Source: Octopus vulgaris (lineage: Eukaryota). From it: a stretch of 64,000 nt of DNA. The position numbers were made by a program, and so were the translations under genes. The DNA lies in assembly GCA_951406725.2 (NCBI GenBank), contig OX597826.1, positions 37,448,001-37,512,000 of the forward strand, in the 5' to 3' direction. This document shows, piece by piece, positions 41,763 through 64,000 of the stretch (positions are counted from its first letter, which is position 1; the number at the start of each line of letters is the position of its first letter). The notes under the pieces are model-generated. The model was not told the origin of the DNA. It worked only from the letters and a program-made list of their open reading frames with translations, and did no database searches.

Positions 41763-42357
41763 CTTAGACCCCAAAGATGATCAGAAACATTCCACCCATA
41801 ACCATCTCGTCTTCTTTTCAGATATATTATTTACATTTAGAAGACATCTTTATCGCTTTGTAGAAATGTATATAGGGCAAGAAGGTCACGGTTACGATTT
41901 CTTTTCGTTATAAGTCTACTAGAGGCGGTCCCTAACGCTTCTTCCAAACATTAACAACAAAACGACATCGTTGACGACAATCAAAATTCAAAATAATTCA
42001 AAGCTGAAGCAATTTCCTGCAATAGCTCCGATACACAATGCGCATGCAAGACTCGTTTTGAGGAATTCACACATTGATAACAGCCATAAGAGAATATCTA
42101 TCATAGAAATAGACCAATTTTCCTGAACACCATTTCTTTAGTTTCAATTTTTCACACATATGTGAATTAAGAACAGCACCAGTAACGATTGCAGCATCAA
42201 ATTATTCGGTTAGAGAGTTTGTTATTTAAGAGTATCATATATATGGAAGCAGGACATAATGTTAACTGTGATTGCGGTATTATCTGCTGCGCTATTAGAT
42301 CGAGAAATGAAACATAAATGACAGCAATTGTTCTAGACATCACACACACACACACAC

Positions 42358-42419
<62 letters not shown>

Positions 42420-42555
42420 TATGTATATCTATGTCTATCTATGTGCATGTGTATATATATATATATATATATATACATATGTGTATATGTATATGTACAT
42501 ATTTATATGTATATAGATTTGTGTGTGTGTATACATATATATATACATATGAACA

Positions 42556-42828
42556 TATATATATGTACACATATATGTATATATAGAAATATGTATAGAT
42601 GTACATATATATGTATGTATATATATATTTGTGTCTATGTGATTGCGTGTGGGTGTGAAGAATCAAAGACAGTCAATCAAAACTAGATAAATTAATGCAG
42701 ATTGATATACATACACACATGTGCATGCATATACATATATATATACTTATATACATACATGCACACACACACACACACACACACATACAACTCTCTCACC
42801 CTTTCTCTCTCTCTCTCTCTCTCTCTCT

Positions 42829-42871
<43 letters not shown>

Positions 42872-43538
42872 CATATACCTACAAACATATATGAAAAAAC
42901 TATGTAAAATGATGATATGTTGCCAAAAAATTAATCTTGGTTATAGCTTTCGCTATGCTTCAGTGAGTATTTCAACTGATAGACAATGAATGTGACATAT
43001 TTTTTAAGGAATCTTTATTGCCGTTTCTTTTATATGTCTTGGGGGAAATTTCATAGTCTTGCACTTAGATATTTTGAGCATTTGTGCACATGTGAATGTT
43101 GTATATAAACTTGTGTGTGTGTGTGTATGTGTGTTCGTGTGTTTGCATTCGTGTGTAGTTGTGTGCCTAAAGAATGACGCAAACATCACATAGCGTTACA
43201 TCTTTATCGGTTAAATTTATTGTCAAATCTTAATGGACGAATCATTTTTCATTTTACTATGATGCCCGTGTTATAAACTATAGTTGTATATTTCAATGAT
43301 TTCGTTGAAATTTCCATTTTCATTCCTAAAACGATGTGACGACTTTCAAAATCGCGGGGAAAAGCATCTTTTTAGAAAAGATAAATAACCTCCAATTCTG
43401 GTAGTTAAATACATTCGATAGAACAATACTAGACATATACTTTCTACTACAAGTCATTTTAGTATTGCTTGTTATAAACATATTGGCCAGAAAATATATA
43501 AAACAATTCCTATTCACATCACAATAATATTAAATGAT

Positions 43539-43573
<35 letters not shown>

Positions 43574-43642
43574 ATATGTATGTATATGTATATATCCTAT
43601 ACATAGGTATATATGAAATTCGAATGACGAAGGAATAATAAA

Positions 43643-43683
<41 letters not shown>

Positions 43684-43962
43684 ATATACATATATATATG
43701 TACACATATATGTATATATAGAAATATGTATAGATGTACATATATATGTATGTATATATATATTTGTGTCTATGTGATTGCGTGTGGGTGTGAAGAATCA
43801 AAGACAGTCAATCAAAACTAGATAAATTAATGCAGATTGATATACATACACACATGTGCATGCATATACATATATATATACTTATATACATACATGCACA
43901 CACACACACACACACACACATACAACTCTCTCACCCTTTTCTCTCTCTCTCTCTCTCTCTCC

Positions 43963-43999
<37 letters not shown>

Positions 44000-44665
44000 C
44001 ATATACCTACAAACATATATGAAAAAACTATGTAAAATGATGATATGTTGCCAAAAAATTAATCTTGGTTATAGCTTTCGCTATGCTTCAGTGAGTATTT
44101 CAACTGATAGACAATGAATGTGACATATTTTTTAAGGAATCTTTATTGCCGTTTCTTTTATATGTCTTGGGGGAAATTTCATAGTCTTGCACTTAGATAT
44201 TTTGAGCATTTGTGCACATGTGAATGTTGTATATAAACTTGTGTGTGTGTGTGTATGTGTGTTCGTGTGTTTGCATTCGTGTGTAGTTGTGTGCCTAAAG
44301 AATGACGCAAACATCACATAGCGTTACATCTTTATCGGTTAAATTTATTGTCAAATCTTAATGGACGAATCATTTTTCATTTTACTATGATGCCCGTGTT
44401 ATAAACTATAGTTGTATATTTCAATGATTTCGTTGAAATTTCCATTTTCATTCCTAAAACGATGTGACGACTTTCAAAATCGCGGGGAAAAGCATCTTTT
44501 AGAAAAGATAAATAACCTCCAATTCTGGTAGTTAAATACATTCGATAGAACAATACTAGACATATACTTTCTACTACAAGTCATTTTAGTATTGCTTGTT
44601 ATAAACATATTGGCCAGAAAATATATAAAACAATTCCTATTCACATCACAATAATATTAAATGAT

Positions 44666-44700
<35 letters not shown>

Positions 44701-44774
44701 ATATGTATGTATATGTATATATCCTATACATAGGTATATATGAAATTCGAATGACGAAGGAATAATAAACTGTC

Positions 44775-44800
<26 letters not shown>
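42556..44800 (+). repeat. Tandem duplication, ~1.13-kb unit (approx. 42556-43690 and 43691-44800)
   Basis: Unique sequence appears identical between copies (e.g. GGGTGTGAAGAATCAAAGACAG at 42651 and 43786). Differences are confined to microsatellite tracts and their edges. Confidence 0.92.
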
Positions 44801-44813
<13 letters not shown>

Positions 44814-45364
44814 TATAGATATACATACATATACGCAAATAGTATCTACGAATGGTCTTATACATATACACATGTTCGCACATACACAAACATACTATAT
44901 ATATATTTACATTTACAGTCATACTCAATATAAATATGCATTTACATAGGCGGATATCTATGCATTCATACACATGCAGGGACACACATAATACACACAT
45001 ACACACTTACATATATACACATATATATATATATATATATGCGCGCACATATGCTCTTGTTGGCATACAAACATAAGCAAAGTTACACCACGTATTCTCA
45101 AAATGTTTACATCAATAATATATTTTTTTTTTTTAAGTTTCAATATATCCTATTTCGATCTATCGAGACTTATTTGAAAAAATATCATACCAAATTTTTG
45201 CTTTTTGCTTTAATTTCTTTTTCAGCATTCTTTGTGTGAAAATGATTCTTGAAACCGAAAATAATCAAAAAGTCACAAAATATATCATATGTTATTTTAG
45301 CTTGCTTTTTTTTTCGTGTAGAAACGATTAATATTATTATTATTATTATTATTATTATCCTCAC

Positions 45365-45414
<50 letters not shown>

Positions 45415-46354
45415 ATATTGTAATTGAAATCTAATTCCTTAGATAAATTCTTTAAAATTGCAGACGAATATAGGAATTCATAGGAATATTGAAATTAATA
45501 TGAGGAGATATAAATTTGATATAAAAGTAATATGCAAAAGGACAAATTTTTTGCGACATGATTTGAAAGACTTGTTTGAGAGTTGCAACACTATGGAGCA
45601 ATCCTTCACAGACCATTACAAAAGACAAAGATGGGGTTATATTAAAGTGACATGAATAAAGGAATACAAATGAATAAAGCAATACAAATATAGAACAGAC
45701 AAGAGGCCGATGTAGGAAAGAGTGAAGGCTATTTTCAAAGAAAAGTTACAAATATAAATCTATAGAACCGATAGAATTTAAGGCAGAGTTCACAGGAATT
45801 ATTTTCTATATATTCAAAGATCAAGCCATTCTGAATAAAATTGCCAGGAAAAGTAATATTTTTAACCTGATGTTTGATGGTAAACATTAACAAATGGCTT
45901 TTCTTTGACAACCAGTGTCTGTGCGTTTCTATCAAAGATTTTCTGAAGAGGTGTGGAGTTAAAAAATCACATTGAAGTTATAGTTGCTGGGTAATACAGA
46001 GCTAAAACCCAAAGTTTCTACAAGAATAGAGCTAACATTTACAGAAGACCAAAAGGGCTACAATGTATGCCAAAATTAAATGGCGAAACATTAAATAGCG
46101 TATAATACATCTGAATTTTACTATACGCAAACAGGCAATCCGGAACAGAGAATGGAACTCATTATCTGCCAGTATTTGGAAACACTGAAGAACGATACGA
46201 AGAAGAGTTACTATAAGCAAAATGTGTATGCATGTGCGCCGATGTGCGCCTGTGTGCGAGTGTGTACGCGTGTGTATTCGTGTATACGCGTGTGTGAGCA
46301 TGTAGATGTATGTGTCTCCGTTTCTGTATTCGTGTCTCGATTCTATATACACGT

Positions 46355-46530
46355 AAAATTCCACCGAAGTAGACTTGCATTTCATCTTTTCAACGAAGAT
46401 AGATGAGGTAATAAATCGTTGAAGCGCAGGGCTCAGAAAATAATCAAATTGCTCCTCCTCTCCCAGATTTCCAGGCCTTGTGTCGAGTGTAGAAACGATT
46501 AATATTATTATTATTATTATTATTATTATC
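46355..46530 (+). mobile_element. SINE family A, diverged 3' part
   Basis: AAATTCCACCGAAGTAGACTTGCATTTCATC and an AGGCCTTGTG..GTAGAAACGATT(ATT)n tail. Confidence 0.65.
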
Positions 46531-46535
46531 CTCAC

Positions 46536-46609
<74 letters not shown>

Positions 46610-46667
46610 ATATTGTAATTAATATCAGTATAAATACAACGCACGGATAAAATGATATCAACAAAGA

Positions 46668-46718
<51 letters not shown>

Positions 46719-47024
46719 CACACACAAACACACATATAGTCACGGGAATCAGGAGGCACGTATATCAGTTGATTTCTTTTTATGTGTCTATATGATGCTT
46801 ATTTATATCTGTAAGTATGCACGTATTCCCATATATATATTATTACACACGCGCACACACACACACTCACAAACACACACATATATATATATATGCATAT
46901 ATCTGCGTTTGTGTTTGAATGCATGTATGCATGTAGGCATGTATATTTGTATGTAGGTATGTATATATGTATCTGTACACTCTCTAATTTGTATATATAT
47001 ATATATTATATAATAATTTCGAGC

Positions 47025-56010
<8,986 letters not shown>

Positions 56011-56796
56011 AGACACTGAAATCCTATGTATATCGATGACGGAGGATTCCCTGCAAACTCCAGCCCTCTTGCCGGCAATTGACAAGGCTAAGAAAGGCCG
56101 AAATGACCTGATCTGATAACTTGGACGTCGATAGAGGAAGGTTATCTGCTGCTAGCGATATAATCACCAGTGTTTACGTGCATCAGAAATCCTTTATAAC
56201 AAATAAGGCAAGGATTCTTTCATGATAAATAAGGCAGAACTCGGCGTTGTAACAGAACTTCCACCATTAAGTGGCGGTGGGGTGGGGGTAAATATTACCT
56301 TTTATTATTGATTCTGCTTCTGTTTCTATCAGTTTTAATTAAGATTATCTGGGTTATCATAAAAACAGATATATTGTAGGATTAAATATATTTAATGATG
56401 TGATAGTCTTTCCGTGATAATTCATTAACAATGGTTGATACATTCTGTTCGGTATTGCATATAAACAGTGCTAGAGATATTCGTGTCTAACGTTGAAAAT
56501 AAATGTTTCTATCATCATAAGGAAGCTAGCAATATTGAACATTTTTGGGTACACACTAAATGAAGATGTATTCTGTTGCGATTGATATAATCTGTATGAG
56601 TGATGTAATCTGTTCATCCCGAACATTATTCTGTTCGGTATGTTGGGGTAATCTGCATGAAAAATGGACTGTGTTTACGTCTGATTCTACTTATTGTTTC
56701 TTCCTCTCCTCACCTTCCTACTCTCCGTCTTCTCTTCTCACAGCTTTTTCATATGTCTATGTATACTTATGCAGATGTGTGTTGTATGTCTATATC

Positions 56797-56802
<6 letters not shown>

Positions 56803-56830
<28 letters not shown>

Positions 56831-56864
56831 TGTATGTATGTATGTATGTATGTATGTATGTATG

Positions 56865-56892
<28 letters not shown>
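56803..56892. repeat. (TATG)n microsatellite
   Basis: Pure tetranucleotide array. Confidence 0.95.
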
Positions 56893-56895
<3 letters not shown>

Positions 56896-58902
56896 GATCC
56901 AGGAATCAAGGTGTAGGAGAAAAGTTAGCTTCGAGCAATCCGTAGTAAATATTTAAAAAAAACTTTCAGGAAACAATAGTGGTTTATTGAGATGGAACGT
57001 TGCGGATTATTTTTCTTTACCGAAGATGATGAGCAGGAAAAAAGTTCTTTTTATATTCCACGGTAGGCGACCAGTATGCGAAAAGGAATACGATAGTTAC
57101 GGAATGGAGTAGGAAAAATCCGGGTTACACATGTTTCATGGCGAGTGGGACCTCAGAAATCCAAGCGAGGCGTAAATCGCCGACTACTCTTCAGGTCAAG
57201 GATATCTTGGTTCAATGAAAGTTTACACTGTCGCAAGGAGGTATATGTTGACGCAAATACGTTTCAGTCATATTTTTATATTATGTATGTGTGTGTATAT
57301 ACATGTTCATATGTATGTGTCTGTGCGTGTGTGTGTATGCGTGTTTGTGTGTGCGTTAGTTTGTGTGTGTGTGTAGTGGATTTTAGATATATAATATCGA
57401 ATGGAAAACTGGAATCTCAAAAAGTATGTCGAAAATTTGTATGATTTTGAGAAGAGATTGGCGGACGAAAATGAACATACAGTTGTTGGAATCACCAATA
57501 TAAATAAATGGAAATGAGTTTAGATTTCTTAAATACACCACTTCAATACAGCTTTCGCCATAATCCCCACCTATATTTGATGGCCATTGCAAAACATGCC
57601 CGATGTTCACCAATGATTTATCACTTGTAAAGCGAGAACTGTGAACGGGTTTTGCTGAATACTGATGTCTTCAAACGTGAATTATTTTTCCAGACTATCC
57701 ATAAGAAATCTTCCTAGCTTAAAAATAGATAAAGAAATAAAATACCTCGACTATAAAATCAAAAAAAAAAAATAAAGAATAATAATCAATTTTCAATGAA
57801 ATGATAAAAAACATGAAATAATGCATTAAAAATACCTTCTTGATAGTAAGTAAAGCAGTATTGATGGAAAGTTTCTTTCAGAAACTGGTGCCAGAAACTC
57901 AAAGAGAATAATTCCAGATTTTACAATGATTGGCAAGGTTTATGTGTCTTATCACTTGCTCCTTTGCCGATATCTATCTCAGGTTCCTCTCATACATATT
58001 AACATGATGGATTTCATCTAATTTTTATGTATAGTTACTTTATGCAATTCACGGTGTTTGTGGTGTCTCTCTTGTACACGAGAAATTTTCTCTTTCTTCT
58101 TCCATACTGTTTCTCATAAAGCTAAATATTCAAACCGATATGCCACTATATTTTTATTTATTTACCCATATATCTGCATTATTTCTGCATAGTTATCCAC
58201 TGAATTATATCGCAATGCTATCTCGTCAAGTCTCTATATATCTATTTCGCCATCTACCTATCACTTATATTTATATATTTATCAAATCATGCCTATTGAT
58301 CCATTATATTTATCCATCACTCATATCTAATTTACCGTAAATGTATATTAACTCTATATATCCATCGGTTTATCATATTTAGCTATATCTATTTATCCGT
58401 CTGTCCATTATCACATAATTCTATCTTCTTATACATATATGTGTGTGTGAGTGTGTATGTGTTTGTGTGTTTGTGAGTGCGTGCGCGCATGTTTGCGAGA
58501 ATATATATATATATATTTATGTATGTATGTATGTACATGTATGCATGTATATATAAGTGTGTGTGTGTGTGTGTGTGAGTGGAGTGTGTGGATGTGTCTA
58601 CTGTTCACAGACATTTTCGTTTAGCACCATATGGGCATTTCCTGAGCTTATAAATGCGTACATTCAGCAATCAATCAATCTACCACCATGCACACCTACA
58701 TATACAAAATAACTTGTTCCTTATCTATCAATCTCTATCTATCAATTAATCTATCTATCTGTCTATCATCTATGTATCTATCTATCTGCCTATCTATCTT
58801 TCTATATATTTATCTACATAACTATCTACTCACTTAAATATCTATTTATATACCCGCCTATTCATCTGTATGTCACACACACACATACACACACACATAC
58901 AT

Positions 58903-58953
<51 letters not shown>

Positions 58954-59060
58954 GCGTATGTTCTTATGTATGTGTGTATATACGTGTGTGTGTATGCGCG
59001 TATGTGTAGGCGTGTGTGCGTATGTATGCATATATATATGATATATATTTACACACACAC

Positions 59061-59079
<19 letters not shown>

Positions 59080-59093
<14 letters not shown>

Positions 59094-59106
59094 TAGAGAG
59101 ATAGAG

Positions 59107-59173
<67 letters not shown>

Positions 59174-59190
59174 GATAGAGATATAGATAT
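59080..59190. repeat. (GA)n/(GATA)n microsatellite
   Basis: Directly visible. Confidence 0.95.
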
Positions 59191-59486
59191 ATACGTATTT
59201 ATATATGTCTCGTTTTATATTAATATTTATGCTTTTTCTATCTACCTATATATCTAAATATCGTTGTATATATCTAGTTATCTCCTCATCAATTTGTTTA
59301 TCTCAGTGTAACTATCTTGTTATCTATCCACCATCGTATCTTTATGCCCGTTGCCATGTCTGTTTATTCATTTGCATTTCTCTTGCTTTCCATCGATCTT
59401 TTGATCTGTCTATCGCTCTATATGTGTTATTTATCTACGAATCTACGAACCATTATATTTACCTACACACACACACATATATATAC

Positions 59487-59549
<63 letters not shown>

Positions 59550-59633
59550 CATATATATACAAATAATTGTGTATGTGCGCGCGGGGGGGTACGTGCGTGT
59601 GTATACGTAGACAACAAAGATAAGTAAATGTAT

Positions 59634-59668
<35 letters not shown>

Positions 59669-60430
59669 ATTGAGAGAGGAAGTATATATAGGTATGAAAA
59701 TATCTATATCGATATCAAACCATTTATAAATCTATCTATATTTGTATGTATCTAAATATAAACGTATCCATCGATTAATAAGTAGTGGATAGATATTCTC
59801 TTTGTCGCCATCTTACTTTTAACTAGCGTAAATCTCTAACACTGATTAGTGTTCGATGAATATGTCTGTCTGAACTCCGGTGTTCATCTCATCATAATGT
59901 CATATCAATATCTATATTTCGGCTTCTTACATCTATCATCAATTTACTCCTCAATAGAATACCGCGACGCAAATTCAGATTAAAAGTAATCGACAATCAT
60001 CCACGTGCTCCCGGCATCTACTACAGATACCTATATCCCACGAAAGTTCTACCTTATAACTTTCAAATATACAAAGGATATATTACTTATAACAACCTCA
60101 CGTAAATTGCCTGCATATAAGAGGCGTTTGGCATGGCTGGAAAACTTTGATTAAAATTTTACTCGATCAAGACTGGCTTATGATTAAACAACGTCGGCAA
60201 TTCTCACAGCTGGAACGATCGTGTATGTGGTCAATCTCTTTGCTTGAAATATTAACAAAATATTCCTCAAATGTAAGTCTTCCCTTCAGAAAGGATAAAA
60301 ATCGTATCGTAGAATACAGTCTTATACACAGACACAATGATGGTCACGACGGGAACGCAATTTGGCAATACGAATTCTCGCATGTAGTTGTTCTAACGTC
60401 AGGTTATCTCACCGTTTTTGTAGATAGGAA

Positions 60431-60850
60431 CTCTTTTACTCTTTTATTCTTTTACTTCTTTCAGTCATTTGACTGCTGCCATGCTGGAGCACCACCTTTA
60501 GTCGAGGAAATCGACCCCCAGGACTTATTCTTTGTAAGCCTAGTACTTATTCTATCGCTCTGTCTTGCCGAACTGCTAAGTTACGAGGACATAAACACAC
60601 CAGCATCGGTTGTCAAGCGATGTTGGGGGGGAGGGGGGCAAACACAAACATAAACACACGCACACATATATATATATACATATATACGACGGGCTTCTTT
60701 CAGTTTCCGTCAACCAAATCCATTCACAAGGCTTTGGTCGGCCCGAGGCTATAGTAGAAGACACTTGTTCAAGGTGCCACGCAGTGGGACTGAACCCAGA
60801 ACCATGAGGTTCGTAAGCAAACTACTTACCACACAGCCACTCCTGCGCCT
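60431..60850 (-). mobile_element. tRNA-derived SINE family B, near full length
   Basis: Minus-strand head AGGCGCAGGAGTGGCTGTGTGG (A box)...GGTTCAGTCCC (B box), a CORE-like GTGGCACCTTGAACAAGTG segment, internal (TA)/(TG) repeat and an AGTAAAAG tail. Confidence 0.9.
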
Positions 60851-61162
60851 ACGGATGCAAATTGGATGCAAATTGGTGATGATTCACACTGCACTGGTGC
60901 AAGTACACTGATGCTTTAATGTACCATCAGCGATGGTGGATCCTACTTTATATCCTCAGGTATAAATTACAGGGGATGAATTGCAGAGTGCGAGAACACG
61001 TTACAAATATCCACAAACTCAACGCCGACAGGAATCACCAGGATTACTGCAACGTTAGACAAGGATAAAACGTGTGTTTTATATTTATTATCGGGTTTTG
61101 TAAAGCTATACTGCATTACTGTATTCACTGAGAAACAAACGCTTATAGATATACATGCTTGA

Positions 61163-61211
<49 letters not shown>

Positions 61212-62143
61212 CATGTATGTATACATATATGCATAAATATATACATATGTGCACATATAATACATATATGTGAATGTGTATGTTTAAATAATAAATGAAC
61301 ATGAATATACGTATACATATGAGTAGATATATATCTGTATTTTTGTGTGAGCGAGATGAGTAGGATGAAAGAGACAGAAAGAAATAGTGTTTACATATAT
61401 TCATGTAATAATTATATACATGGCTTTATCTAAGTATGTCTGTGCTTAAATCTAAATTTCCGATATACGTATAAAGCGTTGCTTCACATCCACAAAACAC
61501 ATGCATACACACACATACAATCATTCCGCTGAGAAGAGACCGTCAAATATACAGCTAGTGTGAATACAACTTTGTCATATAAATCAACACCATTTTTTCC
61601 TGTCATCTCAGAGCCACTGCTTAGCAACTGCGCCAGAAATATGGAAGTTTGTGTACAACTGTGCACACAAACACTAAAGACATTCTTCTAAATCTTTTAC
61701 CATTTCTATCCTGATATCTTTTCCATTATTTCAATAATATGTTTTCATTCCTCTATCTTTCTATCTTGTTTTTAGCACTCCTACTAATGCCACCATAATT
61801 CCTAGCACCGTCTCTTGCTCTCTGTAAACACCTGCATATATACTGTATTTTCTTTCATCTCACTGCATATACACACACACATATATTTATATACATACAT
61901 CTATAAGTATACATGTGTGTGTGTATGCATTATATTATATTATATATAAATATGACTTTTTCTTTATGTTTTGGTGTGTATTCTGTTAGTCCATATAAAT
62001 GTATCAACCCCAACTGTGTTTATGTACCCGAATACCTCAATATAGAGCCATTTACATTTCTCATATTGCCCCTTTCGATGGTGTGTCCTTTGCTCTGGAT
62101 AAAGCAGTCGAAATTTAAGCTTACATTCATTTGAGCGCTACAC

Positions 62144-62202
<59 letters not shown>

Positions 62203-62377
62203 ATCTATGTATGTATTTATGTGTATGCATGTATGTGTGTGTCTGTTTTTTATGTATGTATATATGCATGTATGTACGTACGTACGTATGTATGTACATA
62301 TGTAATGTATAGTGTTGGAGGGACTCAGGTCAACTATAAATGAAAAATCTTATGGTTCAATTGCTTTGTAGCTGTGA

Positions 62378-62428
<51 letters not shown>

Positions 62429-63049
62429 GTGTTATTGTTATAAGGACTTAAGATTTTAAATGTACAGTCTAATATTCATACACATATATGCATATATCAG
62501 TACGTATAACTATAGGCTCATACACACACACACATACACATACACACAACAATAGGCTGGTGACTATTCAGTATTAAACGTTTAAAAATGAGCCTACTGG
62601 TGCGTTTGGTGGCATACGTTACAAAATCCTGGGAAGCGGTTAAGCGAAACAAAATGTGAAAGGTGGAGTTATGGCGCTGTGCAACCTGTTTTGCATAAAT
62701 ATTTCTCAGATTCTAAATGAATGAAACCAAACACTAGTATGCTCTTTTAGACGTTTAGACTGAATAGTAACCAATATATTGAGCGTAATTTCTCTTAAGT
62801 TCACCGCAGGGTTTTAGTTTTAATTTTATCAATAATCTCTCTTATGTATATTGCTTATATTCTGAACCTAATTGCTTTCTTCAGAAATCCATGGCATTAG
62901 AGACACATAATTTAGTCCTTTGTTTTATTTTTGATGAATGATGAATGCTGCTAATTCAACTTTATCATTTTTGCTACGTTATGTTAAAGAAGCGATGTAG
63001 TTGTTGTTTCTTTGAAAGCACACACATGCACTTCTTGGTGAATTATTTT

Positions 63050-64000
63050 GGTTCAGTGATAATATGAGTTCTGCAGTTTACATTTTAGCTGTAAATGACT
63101 GAACTTGTTTCTTTTATTCCATAATCTTTTCCCACAGAATCACTGCAAGTTTTAATCTGCAACTGAAACAGTACCAGTTTATCATATCATTGCCAAAGTT
63201 CTTCGATAGTTATTGTAACACCAGATTTATCACCGAGTGCAAGGTTCTTCTTAGCACTAACTAATGTCATAATGCTCTGTTTCCAATAAATGTCATGAAT
63301 TCAAAGGCTGCATCTCTCTTAACAGACAGTTCAATTAGGTCCAAAAACATAAAATCTCTTTAACCCTTTTATACTTCATATAGATTATTAGGGTGATCTT
63401 CGATATCAGACTCTTTGATTCAACAATGAGAACAGATATCCTGCCATTTATCTATTTTATATATTGGCAAATTTTCATATTAAAGGCTATGATTAATTAT
63501 TTCTGTAACACTAATACAGGGATGAAGTCCTGTTCTAACGCTAATAATCATAATTTTTCAAATTCAAGTAAGGCAAAATGATAACAGTATAGTCTGTCTT
63601 TCTGGACTAATTGATAGATAAGAAGTAAAGCATTCATCGTGGCGAAAATTCTTCTCACTCGTTCTATTTTCTAGTTTTATTTTCTCTAGTTCTATATTCA
63701 GTACTTGCATAGCCATTGTGGACTCCCGATATTGTTTCACCAACAGTTCTTCAGCGGTTGATAACATGTATATCGAACGCTTTCATGATAGAGCATTTCG
63801 TACACCTGGAAATCTTAAAATTCAGAATTTGGGATCACTTACGTTTTTCACGTAATTTATCCTTAAGTTTTTCTGCCACGAATTCTACTCGGGGATATGA
63901 TTCCGTTCTTTTCTTCCACAATATAGTCAATTCAAATATCTGAAGAGGACTAGCTTACATGTCTGTCTTCAAAACACTATAAAATTCTGAAATGGGTTTG
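63050..64000 (-). mobile_element. Decayed RTE-like LINE remnant (endonuclease C-terminus to pre-RT region), runs off the window end
   Basis: Minus-strand fragments IDYIVEEK (cf. QIDYILV), MLSTAEELL..., and KKNLALGDKSGVTITIEEL (cf. KSPGxDxIxAEEL). Multiple stops. Confidence 0.5.

Noticed and set aside
56070-56118. UUGACAA GGCU..GGCC GAAA, a possible U3-A8 hammerhead variant
   Set aside because: Stem II is plausible but stems I and III do not pair convincingly.

Overview
AT-rich, microsatellite-saturated eukaryotic non-coding DNA (intronic or intergenic). The dense (TA)n/(CA)n/(TATG)n arrays and tRNA-derived SINE families suggest a coleoid cephalopod, probably Octopus; this assignment is inferred from repeat content only. 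I found no convincing host protein-coding exon, and most ORFs in the track are microsatellite translations. Supported content: several tRNA-derived SINEs, an internally deleted mariner with TIRs and TA TSD, a hAT-type MITE with an 8-bp TSD, RTE- and CR1-type LINE remnants, a 1.13-kb tandem duplication, and a 4.44-kb duplication around a 100-N gap that is almost certainly an assembly overlap. The main hidden signal is a set of type I hammerhead ribozyme (HHR) motifs with short palindromic stem III, the Penelope/retrozyme style, carried by several different short non-coding repeats. (i) A tRNA-headed SINE-like element ends in an HHR (2106-2151, -). (ii) A canonical GUC HHR with a long stem II lies at 6999-7080 (-). 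(iii) A 35-nt minimal HHR lies at 20279-20313 (+). (iv) A ~290-bp near-perfect palindrome carries a G3-C8 core-variant HHR on each strand (36011-36130). Further degenerate candidates were seen. All structures were folded by eye and none is experimentally validated.
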